DNA of 48,565 nt from Candidatus Bipolaricaulia bacterium (GTDB lineage Bacteria > Bipolaricaulota > Bipolaricaulia > M55B111): NCBI GenBank assembly GCA_042218715.1, contig JBDGQU010000158.1, forward strand, positions 1 to 48,565, given 5' to 3'. The position numbers and the translations under genes are program-made. Below the pieces are notes generated by a model. The model did no database searches and was not told the DNA's origin. It was given only the letters and a program-made list of their open reading frames with translations. Positions 38,021-46,677 of the stretch are shown in pieces; the first letter of the stretch is position 1, and every line of letters begins with the position of its first letter.

Positions 38021-38626
38021 TCAGGAACTAACCACTATATCTTGACCAAATATCGCTCTTAAATCCCTAACGGACCTACGGGCGCGCTCGCTGAGACCCG
38101 GATCGTCGTACTTATGCGGATATAGATTATCAAAGTCCGACCTGGTTGGTTTTCCTAAAACGTTCACTAATTCTTGTTTAACTTGAGAATAACGGGACCT
38201 TATTTCAGCCAGAGTCTCTTCATCTTCCTGCCACTCGTAATAATCCGGCTCTTCCTCCCCGTGAAAATACGATTCTTCCGCCCTCAATCTATTCTCGTGA
38301 GTTTTTTCTCGAATCACCGGGTGGGGCTCAATGACAAGCTGGTGCAGCCATTCTCCCGCTTTCTTCCAGGTATTCGCACGGTCGGGTCCGTAAGGCACAA
38401 TACGATCTTCTTCTTCCGAACTCCTCACCAGGTGAACTTCAGGTAGAACTATTTCTTCCTTCTCTTTCACTTCGTTATCCTCTCCGTACTCAACTACCAG
38501 CCGGAGTTCCAATAGCTGTTCAACGGTCTGATCCTCTAACCCACCATCTTCCTCAACTGTCCGGGTTTCAACCAATATCCGCTCAATTTGTTTTTCACCA
38601 GTATTCATGATACCTCTTTTCGTCAT
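38021..38626 (-). CDS. Uncharacterised acidic cytoplasmic protein
   Basis: 201-aa ORF, rich in Glu and Asp, with no TM helix or recognisable motif. Confidence 0.45.
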   Translation of the reverse strand: MTKRGIMNTGEKQIERILVETRTVEEDGGLEDQTVEQLLELRLVVEYGEDNEVKEKEEIVLPEVHLVRSSEEEDRIVPYGPDRANTWKKAGEWLHQLVIEPHPVIREKTHENRLRAEESYFHGEEEPDYYEWQEDEETLAEIRSRYSQVKQELVNVLGKPTRSDFDNLYPHKYDDPGLSERARRSVRDLRAIFGQDIVVSS

Positions 38627-38728
38627 TCAATATAGGGAAAACAATAAACTCGCTAACCTGCTCGCAATCTCCCTAATATTTGCGTCGACCACCAGGCCGA
38701 CTTTCAATCAACAACTCCATCCTAGAAA

Positions 38729-38755
38729 ATTATAACAATTGTAATTATTATAACA
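38729..38755. promoter_or_regulatory. Direct repeat attataaca x2 (18-nt period) spanning the palindrome acaattgt; candidate operator
   Basis: Repeats at 38729-38737 and 38747-38755, palindrome at 38735-38742. It sits in the divergent intergenic region between the acidic-protein gene and the HTH regulator. Confidence 0.3.
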
Positions 38756-39002
38756 TTCTCAAGGTTCATTTCAATGCCACCGTTATTCCCGGTTCCAAAC
38801 CGCCTGTACCGGTCTTCTAACTACACAACTAAACTGGACTAATATGCAAAAATAATTCACCTCCTCGGGAGTTTGGGTTCAATTACCTTGTGAAAGTACT
38901 TACTTATTACTTAGCATTAGTTGGTGAATGTTGTTAGAATGGTAGTATATTAACGTCGTTAGCTCAGGATGACAAACGTAAAGTATTTCGGTTCCAAATC
39001 AG

Positions 39003-39422
39003 GTGATTTATAATCAGATGAAGAAAGAACAGGTCGAGGAGAAACTTAGCGGCGAAAAGGCGAAGAATACACCAAAGCAGCCCTGCGAGGTCGCTCTCTG
39101 GCATATCCTTCCCTGTATAAGAGCCTGTCTTGCCCGAGAACTGGTCGAAATGGATCTTACCCAGCAAAGAGTCGCGGATATTCTTGGCATAACCCAGGCC
39201 GCCGTGTCCCAATATATAGGGGAAAAGAGAGGTAAATTCCGAACGGAAAATAATAACGTTTACAGGTCAATTAAGGAATTGGCCAGGGACCTGGAGAGGG
39301 ACGAAGTGGCAGATATATCGGCAAGAATCTGCCAAATCTGCAGCCAGGTACAGGAAAATCCACAATTATTAAGGTTATGTGGGGTACCGGACAATAAGGC
39401 AAACAGGATAAATATCTGCTAA
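39003..39422 (+). CDS. Cys-rich helix-turn-helix transcriptional regulator (XRE-like HTH; resembles archaeal COG2522-type regulators)
   Basis: LTQQRVADILGITQAAVSQYIGEKRG is the HTH. There are seven Cys (C-x9-C-x3-C N-terminal; C-x2-C...C...C C-terminal). An alternative ATG start at 39018 lies 11 nt after AGGTGA. Confidence 0.65.
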   Translation: MIYNQMKKEQVEEKLSGEKAKNTPKQPCEVALWHILPCIRACLARELVEMDLTQQRVADILGITQAAVSQYIGEKRGKFRTENNNVYRSIKELARDLERDEVADISARICQICSQVQENPQLLRLCGVPDNKANRINIC

Positions 39423-39496
39423 CTTGGTGGCTAGAACAACTTAAGCAAACCAGATGCAGACAGGGTTTTTCCGTTCAGGATTATTTACCCCCCTGA

Positions 39497-39693
39497 CTCA
39501 GTTCTTTCACCAAAATCGTACTTAATATTTCCGTTATTCCCCATCTGCCGCTTACCTGGCAACTGTTTTGACCTTAAAATCCTGAAAATACCCTAAATCC
39601 GGCAGCCAGGTTAGCGGTAGAAGGAGATAAATAATAAGATTAAGTCACCGTTCGTGAATTTCCGCCTAGTTTCCGTATGGTGCAATAACTGAA
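39497..39693 (+). mobile_element. MITE-like element, copy B (shortened left TIR 39497-~39530, hairpin 39533-39635, right TIR 39642-39693)
   Basis: The 74-nt stretch ccgcttacctggc...ggttagcggtaga is identical to copy A, followed by 1 mismatch and 13 more identical nt. Left end ctcagttctttcacc is inverted relative to right end ggtgcaataactgaa. Confidence 0.6.
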
Positions 39694-39753
39694 TCTAACT
39701 AATTGGTTAACCCAGTTAAATTAGTTAAAGGACGAAGATTTATAGAGTAACCG

Positions 39754-39782
39754 TTGATAAGTAGTCGAATAATAAATATAAT
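39754..39782 (+). promoter_or_regulatory. Candidate sigma70 promoter of the trp operon (TTGATA-N17-TATAAT)
   Basis: TTGATA at 39754-39759, 17-nt spacer, TATAAT at 39777-39782. It lies ~25 nt upstream of the leader-peptide ATG. Confidence 0.55.
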
Positions 39783-39807
39783 GTTTCAACTCGAAAGGGG
39801 TATATAA

Positions 39808-39897
39808 ATGAAAAATACAAAATATAAGTCGGAGGTGAGTTCGGAAACCAGTAGTTATCTTTCGGATACCCGTATTTTCTGGCTCTGGTATAACTAA
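39808..39897 (+). CDS. trpL: Candidate trp leader peptide (29 codons, MKNTKYKSEVSSETSSYLSDTRIFWLWYN)
   Basis: AAAGGGG lies 7 nt upstream of the ATG. Two Trp codons sit at positions 25 and 27 of 29, and the terminator hairpin is ~50 nt downstream. Not in the ORF track because it is too short. Confidence 0.55.
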   Translation: MKNTKYKSEVSSETSSYLSDTRIFWLWYN

Positions 39898-39948
39898 AGT
39901 TTAGGGACTCGCGAACTTTTAATTGGAGCGATCTCTAAACTGACGAGC

Positions 39949-39980
39949 ACTATGGGTTAATGCCCATAGTTTTTTTATTT
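39949..39980 (+). terminator. Intrinsic terminator (attenuator) upstream of trpE
   Basis: Perfect 8-bp stem actatggg/cccatagt (39949-39956 / 39963-39970), 6-nt loop, then ttttttattt. Confidence 0.65.
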
Positions 39981-40020
39981 CCAAGCACTTATTAACTTAC
40001 GAAATCTAAGGAGGTATAAG

Positions 40021-40077
40021 ATGAACCGACAGTTCAGTAATCTCAAGGGTGATCGGGTTTGGCTCACCCGGAATTAA
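40021..40077 (+). CDS. 18-codon upstream ORF (MNRQFSNLKGDRVWLTRN) overlapping the trpE start, or the true trpE start displaced by a frameshift
   Basis: AAGGAGG at 40008-40014 sits 6 nt before the ATG at 40021. This ORF is out of frame (+1) with trpE. Confidence 0.3.
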   Translation: MNRQFSNLKGDRVWLTRN

Positions 40078-41506
40078 CGAGCCAACGGAACCTTACTCTC
40101 TTTTAAGAAATTACCTCACCTCAACTGAAGTACAGGGTCCTCCCACCATCAAGCAGTTAAATTGGGAGATCTCCAATCCTTTCGAAATTTATCGTCGCCT
40201 AAATCCTCAATTCGAGCACAGTTTCATTCTGGAAAGCTCGGCCGGCCCTGAAGAACTGGCCGAATCCACTTTCATGGGGTACGATCCAGAGGTTATTCTG
40301 ACTCTGTCCAACGGTACATTTAAAGAAAACGGAAAACCAGTGCTGGAAACCGGGGACCCACTCCATCACTTAAAACGCCTGGAGAGCAACCTGGAAGGGT
40401 TCGCCCCGGACAGTTTTACCAATTATTTCGGTGGACTAGTTGGATACACGAGCTACGATTTCGTCCGATATCTGGAAGATTTTCCTCCACCGGACGGCGA
40501 GAGGAGTTTTCCCGACCTCCAGCTGGGTCTATTTACGGACGGCATAATCCACGACAGAAATCGAGGCAAACTTACCTACTTTTCCTACGACGAGGACAGG
40601 TCACAAGAGTTAAGAAAATTAATCCATTCCATAGAGCCAGATAGGAAATCGGATCTTCGCCTAAAAGGTCTTGAATCGGACTTCTGCAAGTCGGACTTTT
40701 GCTCCAGCGTCACCAAAGCCAAGGACTATATTCGTAAAGGAGACATATACCAGACAGTCCTCTCGCGGGAACTTACCGGAAGGTTCGAAGGTGATCCGCT
40801 CACCGCTTATAAAAAACTCCGAGAAATAAATCCTTCTCCGTATATGTACCACCTGAAGTTCGGAAATACCCGGGTCATCGGCTCCAGCCCCGAGGAACTC
40901 GTATCCGTGTCCGACGGCGAAATAAGCACTTATCCAATAGCGGGGACTCGGTCTCTGGGTGATACGCGAAGGGAAAGAGAAAAATTACGAACCGAACTTA
41001 TCACGGACGATAAAGAACGAGCCGAACATAACATGCTGGTCGATCTGGCAAGGAATGACGTAGGCAGGGTTGCAGAATACGGTACCGTAGACGTACCCGA
41101 ATACATGGAAGTAAAAAAGTTTAGCCACGTCCAGCATATAGTTTCCCAAGTCACTGGTAAGCTGGCCCGGGGAAAGAAGAATTTCGATGCCTTCGCCTCG
41201 CTGTTTCCCGCGGGAACCGTTTCGGGAGCGCCAAAAATAAGGGCAATGGAACTGATTGACGAACTCGAAATCAACCCCAGGGGGCCGTATGCCGGCGCAG
41301 TCGGCTATCTTTCTTTCACCGGAGACCTGGATTCCTGTATTACAATTCGGAGCCTGTTCACGAAAGGAAGTCAAATCTCCCTCAGGGCCGGCGCCGGTAT
41401 CGTTGCTGATTCCAAACCCGAAAAGGAATGGGAAGAAATCAACCACAAATTAGGAGCTCTTAGAGAAGTAGTTTCATCCGGAGGGAGGAACAATGCAAAC
41501 CACTAA
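40049..41506 (+). CDS. trpE: Anthranilate synthase component I
   Basis: LESS...FMGYDPE, GDIYQTVLSR, SPYMY, PIAGTR, NMLVDLARND, GAPK and GPYAGAVGY motifs. The only in-frame start is the GTG at 40049, which has poor SD spacing. Confidence 0.9.
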   Translation: MIGFGSPGINEPTEPYSLLRNYLTSTEVQGPPTIKQLNWEISNPFEIYRRLNPQFEHSFILESSAGPEELAESTFMGYDPEVILTLSNGTFKENGKPVLETGDPLHHLKRLESNLEGFAPDSFTNYFGGLVGYTSYDFVRYLEDFPPPDGERSFPDLQLGLFTDGIIHDRNRGKLTYFSYDEDRSQELRKLIHSIEPDRKSDLRLKGLESDFCKSDFCSSVTKAKDYIRKGDIYQTVLSRELTGRFEGDPLTAYKKLREINPSPYMYHLKFGNTRVIGSSPEELVSVSDGEISTYPIAGTRSLGDTRREREKLRTELITDDKERAEHNMLVDLARNDVGRVAEYGTVDVPEYMEVKKFSHVQHIVSQVTGKLARGKKNFDAFASLFPAGTVSGAPKIRAMELIDELEINPRGPYAGAVGYLSFTGDLDSCITIRSLFTKGSQISLRAGAGIVADSKPEKEWEEINHKLGALREVVSSGGRNNANH

Positions 41507-42110
41507 CATTTCAGAAGAAAAATTGGTTATTATAGACAATTACGACTCATTTACCTATAACCTGGTCCAGTATCTGGGAGAGCTGGATCTCGACCCTCTG
41601 GTATTTAGAAACGACGAGATCGAGCTAGTGGAGTTAGAGGAATTGCAACCGGCATCGCTGATTATTTCGCCCGGGCCGGGAACCCCCGAAGATTCTCGCT
41701 ACTTCGGATTATCTTTAACAGTTCTAAAGCAGTTATCACCTGCGATTCCCACCCTCGGGGTATGCCTGGGTCATCAGGGTATAGCAATAGCTTACGGGGG
41801 GAATATAATCGGGGCACCGAGGCTATTCCACGGAAAAACCAGCAAAATCCACCACAATCAAACGGGTATCTTCAAAGGAATCCCGGACCCGATCACCGCC
41901 GCTCGATACCACTCGCTCGTCGTCGATCCCGATTCGCTTCCGAGGAAATTGGAAGTAACCGCAAGGGCGCCAAACGGCCAAATAATGGGAATGCGTCACG
42001 TGAACTATCCAATTTACGGAGTACAATTCCATCCCGAATCCATCCTTTCCCAACACGGAAAAGCTATTCTCAAAAACTTCTTGAGCTTATCCAGGAGTGA
42101 TGACCAATGA
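41493..42110 (+). CDS. trpG: Anthranilate synthase component II (glutamine amidotransferase)
   Basis: IDNYDSFTYNL, GVCLGHQ and VQFHPES catalytic triad context. Confidence 0.92.
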   Translation: MQTTNISEEKLVIIDNYDSFTYNLVQYLGELDLDPLVFRNDEIELVELEELQPASLIISPGPGTPEDSRYFGLSLTVLKQLSPAIPTLGVCLGHQGIAIAYGGNIIGAPRLFHGKTSKIHHNQTGIFKGIPDPITAARYHSLVVDPDSLPRKLEVTARAPNGQIMGMRHVNYPIYGVQFHPESILSQHGKAILKNFLSLSRSDDQ

Positions 42111-43180
42111 CTTTAATGGAAGAAGCGATAGAACAGGTAACTGACAGTCAAGACCTCGACCAGAATCTCGCCCGAGGCGCTATGAACGAGTTGATGAACG
42201 GAGAAAGTTCGGAAACCAATATAGGAGCGCTACTTGCGGGAATGAGAGCTAAGGGAGAATCCGTCGAAGAAATTGCAGCTTTCGCAAACGTAATGAGGGA
42301 AAAGAGCATCCAAATTAATCCGGATATAACCAAGGAACTTGTCGATATGTGCGGTACGGGGGGCTCGGAAGTAAAAACATTTAACATATCTACCATCAGT
42401 GCCTTCGTTGTAGCCGGGGCGGGATTTCCCGTGGCAAAGCATGGGAATAGATCCAACACAAGTCAGAGCGGTAGCGCCGATCTGTTAGAAGCTTTAGGAG
42501 TCAACCTGGATACAGGCCCGGAACAAGTAGAAAGGGCAATAGAACGAGTGGGTATAGGCTTCCTTTACGCTCCCAACTTGCATCCCGCCATGAAGCACGC
42601 CGCAAAACCGAGAAGTGATATTGGCATAAGAACGGTATTTAACCTGCTGGGGCCCCTTACTAACCCGGCCTCCGCTTCACGCCAATTATTGGGGGTTTAC
42701 GACGCCGGCCTCGTAGATAAACTACCTGCCGTACTGAAAAAACTCGGAGTAAACCGGGCTCTCGTAGTTCACGGGTTAACAGGTATCGACGAAATATCCA
42801 CGGTTGGAAAAACCTACGTCGGGGAGCTGGACCACGGAAATATCAACCACTATCGAATAGGGCCCCGTGATTTCGATCTACCGGAGGCGAACCCGGAAGA
42901 CATTAGGGACCTGTCTCCAACGGAGAGTGCCCGATTAGCGATAGGAATTCTGACCGGAGAAATCACTGGTCCTCCCCGAGACATAGTCCTGCTCAATGCC
43001 GGAGCCGGAATTTACGTCGCCGGGGGCGGAAACTCCCTGCATGAAGGACTCGAACTTGCCCGAGAGTCAATTGATTCAGGAGAAGCTTACAGGAAAGCCA
43101 ACAAACTGGTAGAGGTAACGGGAACCGTGGAAGACCTTAGAGAAGTCAAAAATCACCTGCCCGAGGAAACGCCGTTATGA
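42107..43180 (+). CDS. trpD: Anthranilate phosphoribosyltransferase
   Basis: DMCGTGGSEVKTFNISTISAFVVAGAG and KHGNRS motifs. Confidence 0.92.
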   Translation: MTLMEEAIEQVTDSQDLDQNLARGAMNELMNGESSETNIGALLAGMRAKGESVEEIAAFANVMREKSIQINPDITKELVDMCGTGGSEVKTFNISTISAFVVAGAGFPVAKHGNRSNTSQSGSADLLEALGVNLDTGPEQVERAIERVGIGFLYAPNLHPAMKHAAKPRSDIGIRTVFNLLGPLTNPASASRQLLGVYDAGLVDKLPAVLKKLGVNRALVVHGLTGIDEISTVGKTYVGELDHGNINHYRIGPRDFDLPEANPEDIRDLSPTESARLAIGILTGEITGPPRDIVLLNAGAGIYVAGGGNSLHEGLELARESIDSGEAYRKANKLVEVTGTVEDLREVKNHLPEETPL

Positions 43181-43959
43181 GTGATATCCTCGGTAAGTTA
43201 TCAAAATCGGCCCACAAACGGGTAAGAAAGGGTTACTACGATATCGCCACCCGGGGAAACCGAACAACAGACTCTTTTAGAAGACGAATTAAAACTCATA
43301 CCACCGAACCAGTCATCGGAGAGATAAAACCGGGTTCGCCAACCCAGGGAAAATTATTCGAAGGCGAATTCGACCCCGAAAAACTCGGCAGGAGCTATTC
43401 AAACGGTGGAGTCATTGGTTTTTCAGTCCTAACCGACTCCGACCATTTCTTCGGTTCCCTCGATAATCTACGTCGGGTGTCGAAACTCGGAAAGCCCGTT
43501 TTAATGAAAGATTTCGTCGTCGATTACACTCAGATCGATGCCGGGAAAACCCTCGGGGCGGACGCGATGCTAATGATTTACAGATTATTCACCCGCGGGA
43601 TCCCCAATTTCAAACTCTCGGAAGGAATAAATCACGCGCACCAGCTGGACATGGAGGTGCTGCTGGAGACAAATGATCGGGGGGAGTACGAAGCAGCATT
43701 GCAAACGGACGCCGACATGATAGGAATTAACAACAGGGATCTCCGCAGCCTTAAAGTAGACCTCTCAACCACGCAGACAATTCTGGCAAATTCGTCCAAG
43801 GACCGGATAGTTTGGTCCTTGAGCGGGATATCCAGTCGATCCGACGTCGACTATCTAAAAAGAGCCGGGGCGGACGCCTTTCTGGTAGGGACTTCTCTGG
43901 CAAAGGCCAATAATAGGGAGAGTTTCATCCAAACCCTGACGGGTGGTTCCGATGGTTAA
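43177..43959 (+). CDS. trpC: Indole-3-glycerol phosphate synthase
   Basis: GEIKPGSPTQG, SVLTD, IGINNRDL. Position in the operon supports the call. Confidence 0.85.
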   Translation: MSDILGKLSKSAHKRVRKGYYDIATRGNRTTDSFRRRIKTHTTEPVIGEIKPGSPTQGKLFEGEFDPEKLGRSYSNGGVIGFSVLTDSDHFFGSLDNLRRVSKLGKPVLMKDFVVDYTQIDAGKTLGADAMLMIYRLFTRGIPNFKLSEGINHAHQLDMEVLLETNDRGEYEAALQTDADMIGINNRDLRSLKVDLSTTQTILANSSKDRIVWSLSGISSRSDVDYLKRAGADAFLVGTSLAKANNRESFIQTLTGGSDG

Positions 43960-44605
43960 AGTAAAGATTTGCGGCAACAGGAGCACGAGGGACCTAAACG
44001 CGGCTAGAGGTGCGGCCGGAGTCGGATTTATCGTTTCCACGCCCGAATCGTCAAGAAATATTAAAGTCACAACGGCCACGCGACTAATCGAAGAGGTCCG
44101 ACCGTTTACGAGTACCGTACTGGTCACAACGGAAACAGACCAAAAGGTTCTAGGCGAACTATCCAGAACAAAAACTGATTACCTGCAACTCCACTCGTCC
44201 TTAACCGGCGCCCGAATTGAAGAGATAGCTAATTTCGTTTCCGATAATACGAAACTAATTGCCCTCCTGAAAGTTGATAGATCAACCGAGAAATTGAAGA
44301 GTCGGGCCCGGGACCTTGCGAGTTCACCCGCAGAAGCCATTTTGCTGGATAGCGCTCAAGACGGACAAGCCGGGGGGACGGGTAAAGTTCACGACTGGGA
44401 AGTCAGTCGAACGATAAGAGATGCGATTTATCCGGCGCCGGTAATTCTAGCCGGTGGTCTCAACCCGGAAAATGTCGGTGAAGCAATAAGAAAGGTCCGT
44501 CCCTACGCGGTTGACGTAGCCACGGGCGTAGAAAAAGCTGACCATAAATCGGACCAGAAAGCAAAACGTTTCCTGGAAGAGGTGAATAGAAGTGAAGTTA
44601 AGTAA
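43943..44605 (+). CDS. trpF: Phosphoribosylanthranilate isomerase
   Basis: [17 protein letters not shown]...[17 protein letters not shown]. Confidence 0.85.
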   Translation: MVPMVKVKICGNRSTRDLNAARGAAGVGFIVSTPESSRNIKVTTATRLIEEVRPFTSTVLVTTETDQKVLGELSRTKTDYLQLHSSLTGARIEEIANFVSDNTKLIALLKVDRSTEKLKSRARDLASSPAEAILLDSAQDGQAGGTGKVHDWEVSRTIRDAIYPAPVILAGGLNPENVGEAIRKVRPYAVDVATGVEKADHKSDQKAKRFLEEVNRSEVK

Positions 44606-45770
44606 ATACCCCAAATCTGGTAATTACGGAAGTTTTGGCGGCCGTTACGTACCGGAAATTCTTCATCCCGCTCTAAAAGAACTAGAGAAGGCCTACGAGA
44701 ATTACAGGGATAATAAAGATTTCAACGAGGAACTCGAAGAATACAACAAAGATTACGGCGGTCGACCTTCGCCACTTTACTACGCTAACCGGCTAACCGA
44801 AGCCGGAGGTGGCGCAAAAATCTACCTGAAAAGAGAAGATCTGATACACGGCGGAGCTCACAAGTTCAACAACGTTATGGGCCAGGCGTTACTGGCAAAA
44901 AGAATGGGGAAAGAAAGGTTGATCTGTGAAACGGGAGCCGGTCAACACGGTGTGGCAACGGCACTTGCCGGGGCGGTGCTTGGGCTGAAGACGGAAGTTT
45001 ATATGGGGAAAACAGATGTTGAAAGGCAGAAACCCAACGTATTTCGAATGGAGTTGATGGGAGCGGAAGTACACGAAGTAGAGAAGGGTAGCGAAACCTT
45101 GAAGGAAGCGATAAACGAAGCTCTCCGCGATTGGTCGGGAAACGTGGACAATACCCATTATTTAATAGGCTCCGTAGTCGGTCCACACCCCTACCCAATG
45201 ATCGTCCGGGACTTCCAGAGAGTTATAGGTGACGAGATAAAAAAGCAATTAAAGGAAAAAGAGGAGGATTCCCCCGATCACCTGATAGCGTGCGTGGGGG
45301 GTGGAAGCAATGCTATAGGTACATTTTATCCCTTCGTGGACGATAAAACCGTAGAGCTAACCGGAGTCGAAGCGGGAGGAAGCACCGAAGGCAACGCCGC
45401 CAGCTTATCCGAGGGAACAAAGGGAGTTCTCCACGGGGCTCTATCATTCGTTCTTCAGGACAGTGGAGGCCAAATAAAGGAGACCCACTCGATCTCGGCC
45501 GGGCTGGATTACCCCGGGGTCGGGCCCGAACACGCTCTCTACAAAGAAGTCGGCCGAGCGAATTACGTTCAAGTCTCGGACGCCGACGCATTAGAGGGTT
45601 TCCGTAACTTAGCCCGTATAGAAGGTATAATCCCGGCTCTGGAACCAGCCCACGCTATTAGAGCCGGGACGGAAATAGCATCGACCATGAAACCAGATAA
45701 GATAGTCGTAATAACTCTTTCCGGAAGAGGGGACAAGGATCTAAATACGGTCAGGGAAAGATTAACATGA
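44592..45770 (+). CDS. trpB: Tryptophan synthase beta chain
   Basis: [31 protein letters not shown] and GGGSNAIG motifs. Confidence 0.95.
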   Translation: MKLSKYPKSGNYGSFGGRYVPEILHPALKELEKAYENYRDNKDFNEELEEYNKDYGGRPSPLYYANRLTEAGGGAKIYLKREDLIHGGAHKFNNVMGQALLAKRMGKERLICETGAGQHGVATALAGAVLGLKTEVYMGKTDVERQKPNVFRMELMGAEVHEVEKGSETLKEAINEALRDWSGNVDNTHYLIGSVVGPHPYPMIVRDFQRVIGDEIKKQLKEKEEDSPDHLIACVGGGSNAIGTFYPFVDDKTVELTGVEAGGSTEGNAASLSEGTKGVLHGALSFVLQDSGGQIKETHSISAGLDYPGVGPEHALYKEVGRANYVQVSDADALEGFRNLARIEGIIPALEPAHAIRAGTEIASTMKPDKIVVITLSGRGDKDLNTVRERLT

Positions 45771-46561
45771 GCAAAATAGCTTCCAAGATAATCGAACCAA
45801 GCAGAGAAAGCGGCGGAGCATTCATTCCCTATTTAATGGCCGGAGATCCGTCTCCCGACAGGTCTTTGGACTACATCCGTGCACTGGCCGCCGGCGGGGC
45901 CGATCTTATCGAACTCGGCGTACCTTTCTCGGACCCTGTTGCCGACGGTTCCGCGATACAGGCAGCAGGCAAGAGAGCTCTCGAATCCACCAACAACCTG
46001 GATGAAGTATTTAATCTAGTTCGGAAGGTAAAAGAAAACGTCGAAATTCCCGTAATACTCATGAGCTACCTAAATCCTATCTTCCAGTACGGCAAACCGG
46101 ATTTTTTCGAAGAGTCCGGGCGAACAGGGGTAAGTGGAGTAATACTCCCGGACCTTCCGCCCGAAGAGGGGGAAGACTTCCTGAAGGTCGCAAAAAACTA
46201 TTCAGTAGACGTACCTTTGCTGGCGACTCCGGCGACGACAGAGAAGAGATTGGCCCGGATATCGGAGATCGCCACCGGGTTCCTATACCTGGTAGCGCGT
46301 CCAGGCACGACCGGAGCAAAAAATTCGGTCGAAGAACTAACGACAAAAACGATTAAAAAAGTAAAGCCCCAGTTACCTGAAAAACTTCCGGTCTGCGTCG
46401 GTTTCGGTCTTTCTACACCCGAACAGGTTAGTCGGGTTATCAGTGCGGGAGCGGACGGAGCGATAGTCGGATCTGCCATCGTGGAGAAAGTGAGTAACGG
46501 AGAGAAACCAGAAGCCGTAGAGCGGTTCGTGAGAGATCTGAAGGAGGCAACGAAAGGATAA
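45767..46561 (+). CDS. trpA: Tryptophan synthase alpha chain
   Basis: [24 protein letters not shown] and [10 protein letters not shown] motifs. Confidence 0.92.
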   Translation: MSKIASKIIEPSRESGGAFIPYLMAGDPSPDRSLDYIRALAAGGADLIELGVPFSDPVADGSAIQAAGKRALESTNNLDEVFNLVRKVKENVEIPVILMSYLNPIFQYGKPDFFEESGRTGVSGVILPDLPPEEGEDFLKVAKNYSVDVPLLATPATTEKRLARISEIATGFLYLVARPGTTGAKNSVEELTTKTIKKVKPQLPEKLPVCVGFGLSTPEQVSRVISAGADGAIVGSAIVEKVSNGEKPEAVERFVRDLKEATKG

Positions 46562-46572
46562 CCTACCACGAT

Positions 46573-46600
46573 GTAAACGATCCTCCGTTTACTTTATACT
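46573..46600 (+). terminator. Candidate intrinsic terminator after trpA
   Basis: 7-bp stem gtaaacg/cgtttac (46573-46579 / 46586-46592), loop atcctc, followed by the T-rich tttatactt. Confidence 0.45.
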
Positions 46601-46677
46601 TATGAACTGGATTAACGATCTCCAGGTCTCTCAGTTCATCACTCACTTTGGGAAAGTTCTAACCGGGGTCTCGACCT

